Position numbers and translations under genes: made by a program. This document shows positions 17,495 to 26,331 of a stretch of DNA of 32,404 nt, piece by piece; within the stretch, counting starts at the first letter, position 1; the number at the start of each line of letters is the position of its first letter. This DNA comes from a virus. Its lineage: Duplodnaviria > Heunggongvirae > Uroviricota > Caudoviricetes. The DNA is taken from the IMG/VR virus record IMGVR_UViG_2698536570_000001; one strand, written 5' to 3'. The notes under the pieces were generated by a model. That model was given only the letters and a program-made list of their open reading frames with translations, was not told where the DNA came from and searched no databases.

Positions 17495-18812
17495 TCTCGA
17501 TATCCTCGTCGGTAATGGATGCCCCGATGCCGGTGACGTCAGAGTTTTCGCGCAGGTCGGTCATCGCCGCCTTACGCGTCATCAATCCGTCGCCCAGCGC
17601 GGTACTGATCGCGTTGGTGGTGTTTACGGCCACCGTTGATCGGTCAACGTCTGACATTTGCCATAGCGGGTTAAACTCAAACGTGAAATCGTCCGGCAGC
17701 GGCTTTCCGAGTTTCGAGCGGTGCATAATGTCCAGTATCCGGCGCATCGGCAGCCGTAAACGGCGCTCCTGCAATGAGCTCACCCGGTCGTAATAGTTGG
17801 CGAGGTCTGCATCACCAGTAGAGAAGCCTTTCGGGGATTGACCGAACAGGCGTACCAGCGGGATACCAACGGCACCGCTGATCTGCTCAGCGAACTGCGA
17901 AAGAATGTCATCCAGACCACTGAAGCTGTACTGGTGGGTTTCGAACTTATCCCGCGAGTCCATGAGCGTCATGCCTTCATTACTCTGGAACTGGCGGATC
18001 AGGTCGATGTTCTTCAGCAACGCTTCGAACGCCGGGCCTCCAAGCGCGATAAGCTCGCGCAACTTCTCCACGCTATAGGTACGCAGATGCGCTTTATAGA
18101 CCAGCTGCGCCGCGCCGACAGTAGCGCTATCGAACGCAGTAAGCCGATCCCAGATACGCTCTACAACCGACATTCCCCATTCGTTTTCGGTCATCTTCTG
18201 CTGGAATGGCAGCGTGACGCCATCAAAGCGGATCAGGCGGCTGTGATGGATGCGCCAGGCCGGAATGCCCGTTGCGGTGGTCACCACGTCGTAAAACTCA
18301 GGCTTGCCGAGGTCCGGCCCCATCTCTTTAATGCGGCGTGTCAGCACCGGGTTAATCATCCAGCGGTCGAGCGGGAGAATGCCCTTAAACTTGCCCTCGC
18401 CAATGGTTTCGAGTCGCAGCGGGGTCATTGGTGCTTGCCCCTCGATCATGATGAAGCCGACCGCGCCGCCGTAGAGGCGCGACCATTTCAGCACGTCGTT
18501 CAGCGCATCCCAGATCTGCAACTCATCCAGTTGCGCTTCGAGGGTGCCACGGTCTTTGGCGTCAATCTCCGAAGTGATGCGAATGCCCTTTCGGGTCATA
18601 TCGTCCGGGATAGCGTCGACCGCTTCACCGATAACCCACGAACCGCGATATGACCATTCCACCAGCATGCGGTTGCGGCTGGTGAAGTTCGCCCGGTAGG
18701 TCGATGCTGAATGCTGGTTAGGCGTCTGCATCCCAACGCGGGCGACGAAGTTCTCGTAGCCGTCAGCGGTGGCCTGTGCCGTTCGCTGAGAGGATTGCTT
18801 GTTTCGTGCCAT
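17343..18812 (-). CDS. Portal protein
   Basis: 489 aa, immediately downstream of the large terminase gene (overlapping by 1 nt); size and position are canonical. Confidence 0.7.
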   Translation of the reverse strand: MARNKQSSQRTAQATADGYENFVARVGMQTPNQHSASTYRANFTSRNRMLVEWSYRGSWVIGEAVDAIPDDMTRKGIRITSEIDAKDRGTLEAQLDELQIWDALNDVLKWSRLYGGAVGFIMIEGQAPMTPLRLETIGEGKFKGILPLDRWMINPVLTRRIKEMGPDLGKPEFYDVVTTATGIPAWRIHHSRLIRFDGVTLPFQQKMTENEWGMSVVERIWDRLTAFDSATVGAAQLVYKAHLRTYSVEKLRELIALGGPAFEALLKNIDLIRQFQSNEGMTLMDSRDKFETHQYSFSGLDDILSQFAEQISGAVGIPLVRLFGQSPKGFSTGDADLANYYDRVSSLQERRLRLPMRRILDIMHRSKLGKPLPDDFTFEFNPLWQMSDVDRSTVAVNTTNAISTALGDGLMTRKAAMTDLRENSDVTGIGASITDEDIENAEDEAPPGIGELGDKPPEPPGGDPISNEPTADSAGSRGYRKWSLRWFKR

Positions 18813-20440
18813 CAGGCCTGTCTCCCTAGCAGCTCCCAGATGTTCAGGGCTGAATTCATTGGCGCGTAGCTGATCATCACCGAGTCGGCGAGGTTCGGCG
18901 ACTTGGTGCCGTCAGGCTGTTTATCAACAACGATTTTCCCCACGCCGTTAATGGAATAGGTCGGTTGCGACAGCTCGATGATGAGTTTGTCTTTGCTCGC
19001 CATGGCGCTGCTGATTGAGATAATTTCGTCCGGGTTGTAGGCCATGCCCTCAACCACGGCGCGATAGGTGTTCTGGAAAAGCTTGCGTAGCCACCACCAG
19101 CTCTGGGCCTTGGCGTTAGCAAAGAAGTCCTTGTTCAGGCGGGCGGCCTGTCCGTTGTCGCCGCGCACCGCTTCGTCGTCCGGATCAAACACCGCGCCGC
19201 TACCGCGAAACGGTGTGGCGAGTATTGACGGTCGGCGCGCAGCGTTACGCAGTTCGTTGATGGCGCGTGCATCGCCGCGAACGCCAGCGCCCAGGCCGTC
19301 CTCGTCGAAGCGAAATTCTTCGAGGTTGTCCTGTTCGCAAAAGCCGAAGACCTTCTCAACAGACTGGTAAATGTCGCTGCCAACGCCGGACCATTCACGC
19401 ACGTTCTCCAGAAGGAAGCCGTGACGGGTCGAAAAGGCATTTTTGTCCCGGCCTTCGTCGGCGACGTCCATCGCGCCCAGTCGCTTGCCCGTTGGCTGAA
19501 TACCAAGTTTGATATGCGCGTCGACGGCAGCCTGTACCCAGTCGGACGGGATCAGGACGCCTTCCGCAGATGCGCTGTAGTTCAGGTCAAGTTCCTGCGC
19601 CACCACCACCGGATTGTCGATTTTCTCGCACTCCCTGCGATACCACTCTTCATCCTTGCGCGGGTCATCTCGCCAGTGGAACGTGAATACTGGTATCTTT
19701 CCGCCGTGGCGCTTCTGCGCGAACGGGTTCGCCATGCCATTAACCGAGCTCAGGTCAATACGGCAACGGGTGGTTTGCGACAGTGCCGCATCAATCAACA
19801 GAGGACGCTGGAGGAATGCAGCTTCATCCACCAGGTAGAGCGTGGTACGGTCACCACGTCCGATATTGTCGCCAGCCTCGCCTTTGATAACCGCGCCAGT
19901 ATCTGGAAACTCAACGCGCATATACGGCGCATGCTTCTTCTCGTCCCACGAACCACGAAACTCGATGGGCAGTGTTTCCACGAACTTTCGCGCCTTCCAG
20001 AACAGCGCCTTCGGGTCACCGGTGCTGTCGACGTATTCCTCTTTACGGGAGCCGAAACCGATAACCATTTCTTTGTTGAAGAGACAAAGCGAGCAGGCCA
20101 GCCCGATCGCGGTCCAACTGAGCCCCATTTCGCGGCTCTTTTCGGTGATGCCGTTCTCCAGTCGTTCGCGCCGCTCCATGATCCAGTGAATCCACTCTTC
20201 CTGTTTCGGGAACAGCAGAAAAGGGATGGTGACCGGCAGGCCATAATCGATGTTACGCGGGTCAGTAGTCATACCCCAGTCGATGATGAACTGTGCCGGG
20301 TTGGTGCGATAAAACTGCTTTAGCGCTGGCAGCATTTCAGGGTTCTGGCGAATGCGCTGTAAGCGCTCCATCCGCCATTCAAAAACCATCTGGTAATCAG
20401 GGTTTCTGAAATCGAATTCAAACGGGAGAGGCATGATCAC
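18812..20440 (-). CDS. Terminase large subunit
   Basis: 542 aa with an ATPase-like N-terminal region (Walker-B-like [11 protein letters not shown]) and a nuclease-like C-terminal half. Overlaps the upstream small-subunit candidate by 4 nt. Confidence 0.85.
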   Translation of the reverse strand: MIMPLPFEFDFRNPDYQMVFEWRMERLQRIRQNPEMLPALKQFYRTNPAQFIIDWGMTTDPRNIDYGLPVTIPFLLFPKQEEWIHWIMERRERLENGITEKSREMGLSWTAIGLACSLCLFNKEMVIGFGSRKEEYVDSTGDPKALFWKARKFVETLPIEFRGSWDEKKHAPYMRVEFPDTGAVIKGEAGDNIGRGDRTTLYLVDEAAFLQRPLLIDAALSQTTRCRIDLSSVNGMANPFAQKRHGGKIPVFTFHWRDDPRKDEEWYRRECEKIDNPVVVAQELDLNYSASAEGVLIPSDWVQAAVDAHIKLGIQPTGKRLGAMDVADEGRDKNAFSTRHGFLLENVREWSGVGSDIYQSVEKVFGFCEQDNLEEFRFDEDGLGAGVRGDARAINELRNAARRPSILATPFRGSGAVFDPDDEAVRGDNGQAARLNKDFFANAKAQSWWWLRKLFQNTYRAVVEGMAYNPDEIISISSAMASKDKLIIELSQPTYSINGVGKIVVDKQPDGTKSPNLADSVMISYAPMNSALNIWELLGRQA

Positions 20441-20910
20441 CCCATCATCTTGCGGTAAATCTCTGCGGCCTGATCTGCGGTGAGGTTGGTCGTCTCGGTC
20501 TTGATCGGGCCGCCATCCTTGCCAGTGCTCTCAACCTTCAGCTTATTGGTGTAAGCGTCGCCAACCTCTTTCGCGGCCTGTTCGATAAGCTGCGCCGTCA
20601 GGGAGAAGTTTTTCATCCCCTCGGTTTTGGTTGCCATGCGGTCAAGCACGCGGAGGCGATAGGATTTGTTCGCTATCGGAATGTCGCTGGTTTCGGTCAG
20701 GAACCGTTCGCGCGTCGCGTGGAACATCTCGATCCACTTTTTGGCGAGCGTCTTACCGCTGGCCTTCGTGGGGTCGTGAGATTCAGCCTGCTGGCGGGTG
20801 ATCCTGATCCCGAATTCTTTTTGGACAGCCTCGACCACCTGCGATGGCGTGTCATAGCACGCAAGCGACTGAATGATGAAGGCTTTCACATCAGGTTTTA
20901 ATGCAGCCAT
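20437..20910 (-). CDS. Terminase small subunit candidate
   Basis: 157 aa, directly upstream of and overlapping the large terminase gene. Confidence 0.5.
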   Translation of the reverse strand: MAALKPDVKAFIIQSLACYDTPSQVVEAVQKEFGIRITRQQAESHDPTKASGKTLAKKWIEMFHATRERFLTETSDIPIANKSYRLRVLDRMATKTEGMKNFSLTAQLIEQAAKEVGDAYTNKLKVESTGKDGGPIKTETTNLTADQAAEIYRKMMG

Positions 20911-20941
20911 AAATCACCATTCGTCTTATACAGTCCAGTAT

Positions 20942-21562
20942 TTAAGCCAGTCGCAGCATGCACGTCCCGCACGCTCTGGCAATATCGAGATGAGCAACCT
21001 CCGCTGGCTGATTCGCCGCATCAATCATTTCCTGCACGTCCCGGCTCGCACCGTAACGGCGAACCACGCCCACAAACTCTTCCACGTCATGGCCGCGCAG
21101 CTTCAGCTTTGGCTGCCCTTCCTGCGTGAACTTCGGCGCACCAAATTCATCTGTCGCTTGGCAGATGTGATAAAGCTCGTGCTCTATCAGCGCGCAGAAT
21201 TCCAGATCGGAACATTGCGAGCAGTAATCGGCGGCCAGCGTGATGATGAACTGCGGCACCCTGCCGAACCATTCATACATCTGCTGCTCCATCCGCGCTT
21301 TCTGCCAGCCTCCAGCCCGCATTGCCACTTCTTCCGCCTGCCCCAGCACGGACCGCCCTTTCTTCTCGAAAGTGTTCGACGCCCAGAGAAAGCACAGATC
21401 CGCTTCAAGCAAATGCTGGTGGTCAGGGTTGTAGAGGTCACCCTCATCGCTCAGGATGTGCTGATTCAGCCACTCGCCAACGTCAATGGCGGGCATTATG
21501 CTGATGTAAGGCTTCGGGTCAGGTGGCATCGTAAAATGCGCTGGTGGGTGTGGTCTGTTCAT
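20942..21562 (-). CDS. Predicted zinc metallopeptidase-like protein (HExxH motif), function unknown
   Basis: 206 aa, ATG at 21562-21560. Contains HELYH inside ALIEHELYHICQ, plus several Cys residues. Lies between the lysis and packaging modules. Confidence 0.5.
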   Translation of the reverse strand: MNRPHPPAHFTMPPDPKPYISIMPAIDVGEWLNQHILSDEGDLYNPDHQHLLEADLCFLWASNTFEKKGRSVLGQAEEVAMRAGGWQKARMEQQMYEWFGRVPQFIITLAADYCSQCSDLEFCALIEHELYHICQATDEFGAPKFTQEGQPKLKLRGHDVEEFVGVVRRYGASRDVQEMIDAANQPAEVAHLDIARACGTCMLRLA

Positions 21563-21586
21563 GAATAATCCCAGTGCTCCATTATC

Positions 21587-21609
21587 GAAGCCCCTCAGTG
21601 AAGGGCTTC
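21587..21609. other. Inverted repeat / stem-loop in the intergenic region upstream of the metallopeptidase-like gene
   Basis: gaagccc-ctcagtgaa-gggcttc with 7-bp arms. No adjacent U-tract on either strand, so it is not an obvious intrinsic terminator. Confidence 0.4.
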
Positions 21610-21616
21610 TGTAATG

Positions 21617-21802
21617 TCAGTCCCGGACGAACGTAACCTTTGTGGTTATCATTCGCCGTACAAGGCGCGTCGCTTCGCGTTGCATTTCATCAATTACTTT
21701 TGGCGTCAGCGGCTGATGCGCATATTTGCGCTCAATCTCTGCAAAAATCCCGTTCAGCACCTCGCTGTCTGGTGGGATAACTTCAACGTTTAATCGTGCC
21801 AT
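21617..21802 (-). CDS. Hypothetical small protein (61 aa)
   Basis: ORF only; overlaps the Rz1 3' end by about 20 nt. No recognisable motif. Confidence 0.3.
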   Translation of the reverse strand: MARLNVEVIPPDSEVLNGIFAEIERKYAHQPLTPKVIDEMQREATRLVRRMITTKVTFVRD

Positions 21803-22061
21803 CTGTTTGTCCTGCCCTGTTGTTCTCGAAAGTCCTGATATCAGCCTTATCCCTGTTGCACTGTGCTAACGCTGACAACAACGCAACATTCAGGTTAAGG
21901 CTTGCTCCCCACGTAAACGGATCGGGTAAATCTGGCTGGGGTGTTTCAGCCGTCAGGTTGGCTGGTAACGGAACCACCGGAACTGGAACGTAGACCGTTC
22001 GCGTAGTCGTGCAGCCGCTTAACTGCGCCAGAAGGCACAAAACGAACAGCACAATCATCAT
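21783..22061 (-). CDS. Rz1: Rz1-like outer-membrane lipoprotein spanin (o-spanin)
   Basis: Starts at tandem ATG codons inside the Rz frame (22061-22056). Signal peptide with lipobox (MMIVLFVLCLLAQLSGC) and a Pro-rich mature region (VPVPVVPLPANLTAETPQPDLPDP). Extends about 160 nt beyond the Rz stop. Confidence 0.6.
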   Translation of the reverse strand: MMIVLFVLCLLAQLSGCTTTRTVYVPVPVVPLPANLTAETPQPDLPDPFTWGASLNLNVALLSALAQCNRDKADIRTFENNRAGQTDGTIKR

Positions 22062-22338
22062 CCGCAACAGCAGCCTTGATATCGTTCTCGGTTCTCTGTG
22101 ACTCCAGTGTGATCTGCTGTTTTGCATGCTGGTTAGCCTCCAGAACTGTATTGACGATTTGCAGTGATTGCAGGACGTTATTGGTAATGACAGTTGCCGA
22201 TTTGGCATTTTGTACAGCCTCATCAGCACGTTTCTTTTCGTGCTGATATTTGCTGTAGTAGTGGTTGGCAGACCAGATGAAAGAACCGATGACAGTAAAG
22301 AAGAATGCAGCGATAACCAGCTTATAGCTCAACTTCAT
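21946..22338 (-). CDS. Rz: Rz-like inner-membrane spanin (i-spanin)
   Basis: 130 aa with an N-terminal transmembrane segment (LVIAAFFFTVIGSFIW) followed by a coiled-coil region. Immediately downstream of the endolysin and overlapping its 3' end. Confidence 0.7.
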   Translation of the reverse strand: MKLSYKLVIAAFFFTVIGSFIWSANHYYSKYQHEKKRADEAVQNAKSATVITNNVLQSLQIVNTVLEANQHAKQQITLESQRTENDIKAAVADDDCAVRFVPSGAVKRLHDYANGLRSSSGGSVTSQPDG

Positions 22339-22798
22339 TTACCACCCCACCAGCCTCTTTAAACCGGGAAATCAGGTCACTGATTTTATGTTCATACTGA
22401 CCATAACCTGCACCAGGTAACGACGCCCAGATATTGCTGCAACGATCGATAGCCTGACGGATATCACCGCGATCAATCATCGGTAAAGCGCCACGTTCCT
22501 TAATCTGCTGCAGCGCAACAGCGTCCTGGCTTTTGGGAGAGAAGTCTTTCAGGCCAAGCTGCTTACGGTAAGCATCCCACCAACGGGAAAGAAGCTGGTA
22601 ACGTCCGGCTGCTGTTGATTTGAGTTTGGGGTTTAGCGTGACAAGTTTGCGAGGGTGATCGGAGTAATCAGTGAATAGCTCTCCACCTACAATGACGTCA
22701 TAACCATGATTTCTGGTTTTCTGTCGTCCGTTATCTGTTCCCTCTGACCACGCCAGCATATCGAGGAACGCCTTACGTTGATTATTGATTTCCACCAT
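22322..22798 (-). CDS. R: Endolysin, lambda R-type lytic transglycosylase
   Basis: 158 aa, nearly identical over most of its length to recalled lambda R ([35 protein letters not shown]...), diverging at the C-terminus. Start overlaps the S 3' end as in lambda. Confidence 0.9.
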   Translation of the reverse strand: MVEINNQRKAFLDMLAWSEGTDNGRQKTRNHGYDVIVGGELFTDYSDHPRKLVTLNPKLKSTAAGRYQLLSRWWDAYRKQLGLKDFSPKSQDAVALQQIKERGALPMIDRGDIRQAIDRCSNIWASLPGAGYGQYEHKISDLISRFKEAGGVVNEVEL

Positions 22799-23105
22799 CT
22801 TCTACTCCGGCTTTTTTAGCAGCGAAGCGTTTGATAAGCGAACCAATCGAGTCAGTACCGATGTAGCCGATGAACACGCTCGTTATATAAGCGAGATTGC
22901 TACTTAGTCCGGCGAAGTCGAGAAGGTCACGAATGAACCAGGCGATAATGGCGCACATCGTTGCGTCGATTACTGTTTTTGTAAACGCACCGCCATTATA
23001 TCTGCCGCGAAGGTACGCCATTGCAAACGCAAGGATTGCCCCGATGCCTTGTTCCTTTGCCGCGAGAATGGCGGCTAACAGGTCATTTTTTTCTGGCATC
23101 TTCAT
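22782..23105 (-). CDS. S: Holin/antiholin, lambda S-type with dual-start motif
   Basis: 107 aa beginning MKMPEK (Met1-Lys2-Met3 dual start). Near-identical to recalled lambda S107, with about 2 substitutions. Confidence 0.9.
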   Translation of the reverse strand: MKMPEKNDLLAAILAAKEQGIGAILAFAMAYLRGRYNGGAFTKTVIDATMCAIIAWFIRDLLDFAGLSSNLAYITSVFIGYIGTDSIGSLIKRFAAKKAGVEDGGNQ

Positions 23106-23505
23106 GTCTTACCCCCAATAAGGGGATTTGCTCTATTTAATTAGGAATATGGTCGGTTACTGATAGAACAAATCCAGGCTACTGTGTTTAGTAATCAGAT
23201 TTGTTCGTGACCGATATGCACGGGCAAAACGGCAGGAGGTTGTTAGCGCAGCCTCTTGCCCCCCGCTTTCACGAAGGTCATGCGTAGAATGCCGCAGCGT
23301 AACTATCACTGATGAATTCAGGATAGCCAGAGGCTACGGCTCAGTTTGGGTTGTGCTATTGCTGGGCGGCGATGACGCCTGTACGCATTTGGTGATCCGG
23401 TTCTGCTTCCGGTATTCGCTTAATTCAGCACAACGGAAAGAGCACTGGCTAACCAGGCGCGCCGACTCTTCACGATTATCGACTCAATGCTCTTACCTGT
23501 TGTGC

Positions 23506-23547
23506 AAATAAAAAAAGCCACCGTTGCAACTTAAGAGTCACTAACGG
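23506..23547 (-). terminator. Candidate late terminator (tR'-like) downstream of Q
   Basis: Minus strand has a short stem (CCGTT...AACGG) then GGC and a U7 tract (plus-strand A-run at about 23506-23516). The stem is weak (5 bp, long loop). Sequence downstream of the U-tract matches recalled lambda sequence distal to tR'. Confidence 0.3.
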
Positions 23548-23596
23548 CAGCTTATGCGAATAGTGTTGCTCATTTGCTCAATGATGTCAACACGTT

Positions 23597-23980
23597 CTAT
23601 GCTACATGTTTAATTTTCTCTACACGTTTCCGGTTTTTAAACGCACTATCCAGAACCGGGTAAATCATAAACAACGAGGCATTGAGGATTTCGTCAACTT
23701 CCCGACGACAGGTTGCGAGCGATGGTTTTTGAATGCGCCCTCCGCCCCGGCATAACATCTTGCGAGGTCTTGCGACGCGATGATAGTAAGATGCAATGGC
23801 GTGCTTGGAAGATCCATGGGCGTAGTAGCTGAGGAGGATGCCAAAGGCTTTCTTGTCAATGTACATGACGGAATCGACGACCTGAGAAATCAACATTCCA
23901 TCATCATCATTGCACATTGGCCTTGTCATAACTCTTCCCGGCTCTACGCTCTCCATGAACTTCGCTATTACGCTGCTCAT
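23597..23980 (-). CDS. Late-gene antiterminator Q-like protein (short, QuuD-like)
   Basis: 127 aa, immediately upstream of the S/R lysis cassette and downstream of ninH/rusA. Size and position match the short Q family (DLP12 QuuD is recalled as the same length). Confidence 0.55.
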   Translation of the reverse strand: MSSVIAKFMESVEPGRVMTRPMCNDDDGMLISQVVDSVMYIDKKAFGILLSYYAHGSSKHAIASYYHRVARPRKMLCRGGGRIQKPSLATCRREVDEILNASLFMIYPVLDSAFKNRKRVEKIKHVA

Positions 23981-24075
23981 GCGCTTTTCCAGACGACCTG
24001 AATAAACCTATGCGCCCCACAGTTCAAGCCAGCCATTCAGCCACTCGTGCTGCTCTTTGGTGAGGTTTAGTTCTC

Positions 24076-24270
24076 TTATGCCCATCGTCTTCCCCTCTTG
24101 CCCTGTTTGACCATCAGGACGCCGTTAACTATTACGTGACGCTCGCCTTTGCTGTCTCGGTTGTACTTGAGCACTGTTCCTCTTGCGCAGGAAAGCATCC
24201 TTGCCACTTCGGTCTGATTGCCTCGTGTCTGGATAAGAAGCTCTGGTATCGTTTGAATTGTGGCGTTCAT
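24076..24270 (-). CDS. ninH: NinH-like small DNA-binding protein
   Basis: 64 aa with a motif (GNQTEVARMLSCARGTVLKY) matching recalled lambda NinH (GNQTEVARRLKCSRGTVRKY). Canonical position between rusA and Q. Confidence 0.7.
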   Translation of the reverse strand: MNATIQTIPELLIQTRGNQTEVARMLSCARGTVLKYNRDSKGERHVIVNGVLMVKQGKRGRRWA

Positions 24271-24629
24271 ACGTTCTCCAGTTCGGTGATTTTTATTCCA
24301 AGCCTTCCGCCTGGTACTTTCACGCCACGAATTACGCGAATGTCATCGAATTGCTCGTCGTCTTCCGCAAATCCGGCGTGGATAAGGGAGTCGAGTAAAC
24401 CCTTCAGGATGTTATCGAGGTCGCGGCGGCGGGAGTCTGGAACGTCTGCGATGACTTTGATGCGGAGTCTTGATTTGGTGAAAATGTCTAACTTGAGTTG
24501 GCGGATGATTTGCTGAACGTCTTTTCGGTATTTCTGGCCTTTATCGCTGATGTAGTATTGGCTTCCCCGTCTTCGCCAGTAGGTGTTCACCGACGGCGGG
24601 TAAGGAAGCACAAACTGATATTCGTTCAT
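24267..24629 (-). CDS. rusA: RusA-family Holliday junction resolvase
   Basis: 120 aa with the catalytic-region signature DSRRRDLDN and overall pattern matching recalled E. coli RusA. Confidence 0.85.
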   Translation of the reverse strand: MNEYQFVLPYPPSVNTYWRRRGSQYYISDKGQKYRKDVQQIIRQLKLDIFTKSRLRIKVIADVPDSRRRDLDNILKGLLDSLIHAGFAEDDEQFDDIRVIRGVKVPGGRLGIKITELENV

Positions 24630-24916
24630 GGCTTAATCTTCCCCTCCTTCAGCAGGATCGCCTGCGTCCTGATCACGCCTTCGAGGTGATAAAGTCTGGC
24701 GTCTTTGTTGTCGAGGTTATGGGTGCGTCGGTCGATCTCCGCGTGGCAGTCACTACAAGCCCATGCGCCGATCAGGTCGTCAGGCTTCATTCCCGTTCCG
24801 CAAATTCCAGCCATCCGGTAATGTGCCAGAACTGTAGTTTCAGGATTGCCATTGCATACACCGTAAATACGTACCTGGCATTCTCTGTTGCGCGCTTCTT
24901 TGCGTAGGTTAGCCAT
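24626..24916 (-). CDS. DUF1364 (YbcO-like) nin-region protein
   Basis: 96 aa, Cys/His-rich (CQVR...GICGTG...CSDCH), directly upstream of rusA as in DLP12-type prophages. Confidence 0.6.
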   Translation of the reverse strand: MANLRKEARNRECQVRIYGVCNGNPETTVLAHYRMAGICGTGMKPDDLIGAWACSDCHAEIDRRTHNLDNKDARLYHLEGVIRTQAILLKEGKIKP

Positions 24917-25638
24917 TAAGCAGCCTCCCCTGTTACTTTCAGCATTCCGTTATCGAGCAGCTTTCTGGTCAGCCACTGTTGGCCACGCCCGGTGATTTTT
25001 GTGGTGAACGATATCTGTATTCCGTGATTTGTATTGACCGCTGTTTCTTTCACTGTGAAATAGCCGCGATCCATATATTCCTGCATTGGCACATTGCGCC
25101 GGGAACCTGAAGCAATAAGGATTTTGTGATCGCGCATCCACGCAAACAGTTTGTTTGGACCAATTCCAACAACCTTTGCAAAGTTTCCAATCAAAATTCC
25201 GCTGGCCTCGCCAACGCGATCGGCAAACTCAACTTTAGGTGCGGCAATTGCGAGCTGGTTTTCCAGTTGCATTTTCTGCTCAGCAAGGTCAGCAGCAAGG
25301 CGCAACGCTTCCGGTAGCGTTTTGGGGATATTAACCGCAGCTTCTTCAAGCTCTCGCCAACGGTCAACAAGACGAGCGGTGAATTCCGGCGACAACTGGG
25401 CAACGACAATAATGCTGTCGCGCTTACCTTGTTCGCCTTCGAAGACGTAAGCCTCGACACTACGTCGCAGTCCTAAGTTATTGATTTTTTCGAAAACCTG
25501 CAATGCAGGAAGTTGAATAACTCCAGATTTAGCCAGGCGCTCTATTGATATTTTTACGTTATCTGGACGACTTCCCACCAACTCAGCGATTTCAATGCTT
25601 GTCATTTTGATGGCATTGCCATTTATTAACTCATTCAT
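24916..25638 (-). CDS. Phage antirepressor (Rha-like N-terminus, KilA-C-like C-terminus)
   Basis: 240 aa. N-terminus (MNELINGNAIKMTSIEIAELVG) resembles Rha-family regulators; C-terminal region (FAKVVGIGPNKLFAWMRDHKIL) resembles KilA-C. Confidence 0.7.
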   Translation of the reverse strand: MNELINGNAIKMTSIEIAELVGSRPDNVKISIERLAKSGVIQLPALQVFEKINNLGLRRSVEAYVFEGEQGKRDSIIVVAQLSPEFTARLVDRWRELEEAAVNIPKTLPEALRLAADLAEQKMQLENQLAIAAPKVEFADRVGEASGILIGNFAKVVGIGPNKLFAWMRDHKILIASGSRRNVPMQEYMDRGYFTVKETAVNTNHGIQISFTTKITGRGQQWLTRKLLDNGMLKVTGEAA

Positions 25639-25677
25639 CGTCTTCTTCCTCGTACATTGAGCTATTCGGATCGCTCA

Positions 25678-25806
25678 TCAGTTCTGCGCAGCAGTGCTCA
25701 CACACGTGAACTCCAGCACATGCAGCTTCTGACCGCAGTTAGCGCACGTTAAAGCTCGCTCGACGCTTTCTTTCTGGTATTGAAGGGATTGGGATGGGCT
25801 AAGCAT
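25678..25806 (-). CDS. Possible 43-aa mini-ORF with CxxC motif (unlisted, below the ORF-track cutoff)
   Basis: ATG at 25806-25804 overlaps the upstream gene stop (ATGCTTAG). Hand translation gives [42 protein letters not shown]. Three Cys only, so support is weak. Confidence 0.2.
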   Translation of the reverse strand: MLSPSQSLQYQKESVERALTCANCGQKLHVLEFTCVSTAAQN

Positions 25807-26158
25807 TATTGGCGTCCTGCATCATGAGAAAGACAATCATGGCGGCGCGGAGGGAATTTTCATGTATAGCTCGCTTAGATTTACAGTCGGCCACACCACG
25901 TGCACCCCACTCGTCTTCATCGAGATTGATAATGCTAATCCTGTACTTCTCAATAATCGGCCATGAGGCGCTAGGATCATTGCAGTAGTCAGGTAAAGGG
26001 TTTAATGGCTCAAAAGTTGTATCAGCATTTCCGTAATACCATTTGTTGGTGTTATTCCCTGATGTTTCCGGTTTACATGCCCAAAGGCCTTTAAAAATTA
26101 TGTCTCCTACCATTCTGTTAATTTCAAAATCACTTAACTGTGAATAATCCATTGTCAT
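25799..26158 (-). CDS. Hypothetical nin-region protein (119 aa from the internal start)
   Basis: ATG at 26158-26156 overlaps the ninE stop (ATGA). The longer ORF start at 26194 would lie inside ninE. Visibly AT-rich; no recognisable motif. Confidence 0.45.
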   Translation of the reverse strand: MTMDYSQLSDFEINRMVGDIIFKGLWACKPETSGNNTNKWYYGNADTTFEPLNPLPDYCNDPSASWPIIEKYRISIINLDEDEWGARGVADCKSKRAIHENSLRAAMIVFLMMQDANNA

Positions 26159-26331
26159 TTCCTCGCACGATGTCTTAGCCACCGGATATCCCACAGGTGA
26201 GCCGTGTAATTGAATGTTTTTACGTCAGATTCTTTTGGGATTGGCTTGCGTTTATTTCTGGAGCGTTTCGTTGGAAGGTATTTGCAGTTTTCGCAGATTA
26301 TGTCGGTGATACTTCGTCGCTGTCGTCTCAT
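26155..26331 (-). CDS. ninE: NinE protein
   Basis: Internal ATG at 26331-26329 overlaps the ninB stop (ATGA). Product [27 protein letters not shown]... matches recalled lambda NinE. Confidence 0.8.
   Translation of the reverse strand: MRRQRRSITDIICENCKYLPTKRSRNKRKPIPKESDVKTFNYTAHLWDIRWLRHRARK

Noticed and set aside
19421-20323. 300-aa plus-strand ORF, with other long plus-strand ORFs at 17838-18653, 15435-15998, 12406-13020, 20873-21568 and 2931-3338
   Set aside because: All lie antisense to minus-strand genes with recognisable phage identities (terminase, portal, capsid, connector, baseplate) in GC-rich DNA where long spurious antisense ORFs are common. Their products are low-complexity and Arg/Ser/Pro-rich, with no ribosome-binding site context.
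23560-23596. Sigma70-type late promoter (pR'-like) immediately downstream of the Q stop
   Set aside because: A perfect -35 hexamer (TTGACA, minus strand at 23590-23585) is present but no acceptable -10 element lies at 16-19 bp spacing, so the promoter call is not supported by sequence alone. It is kept as a note within the lysis-region finding.
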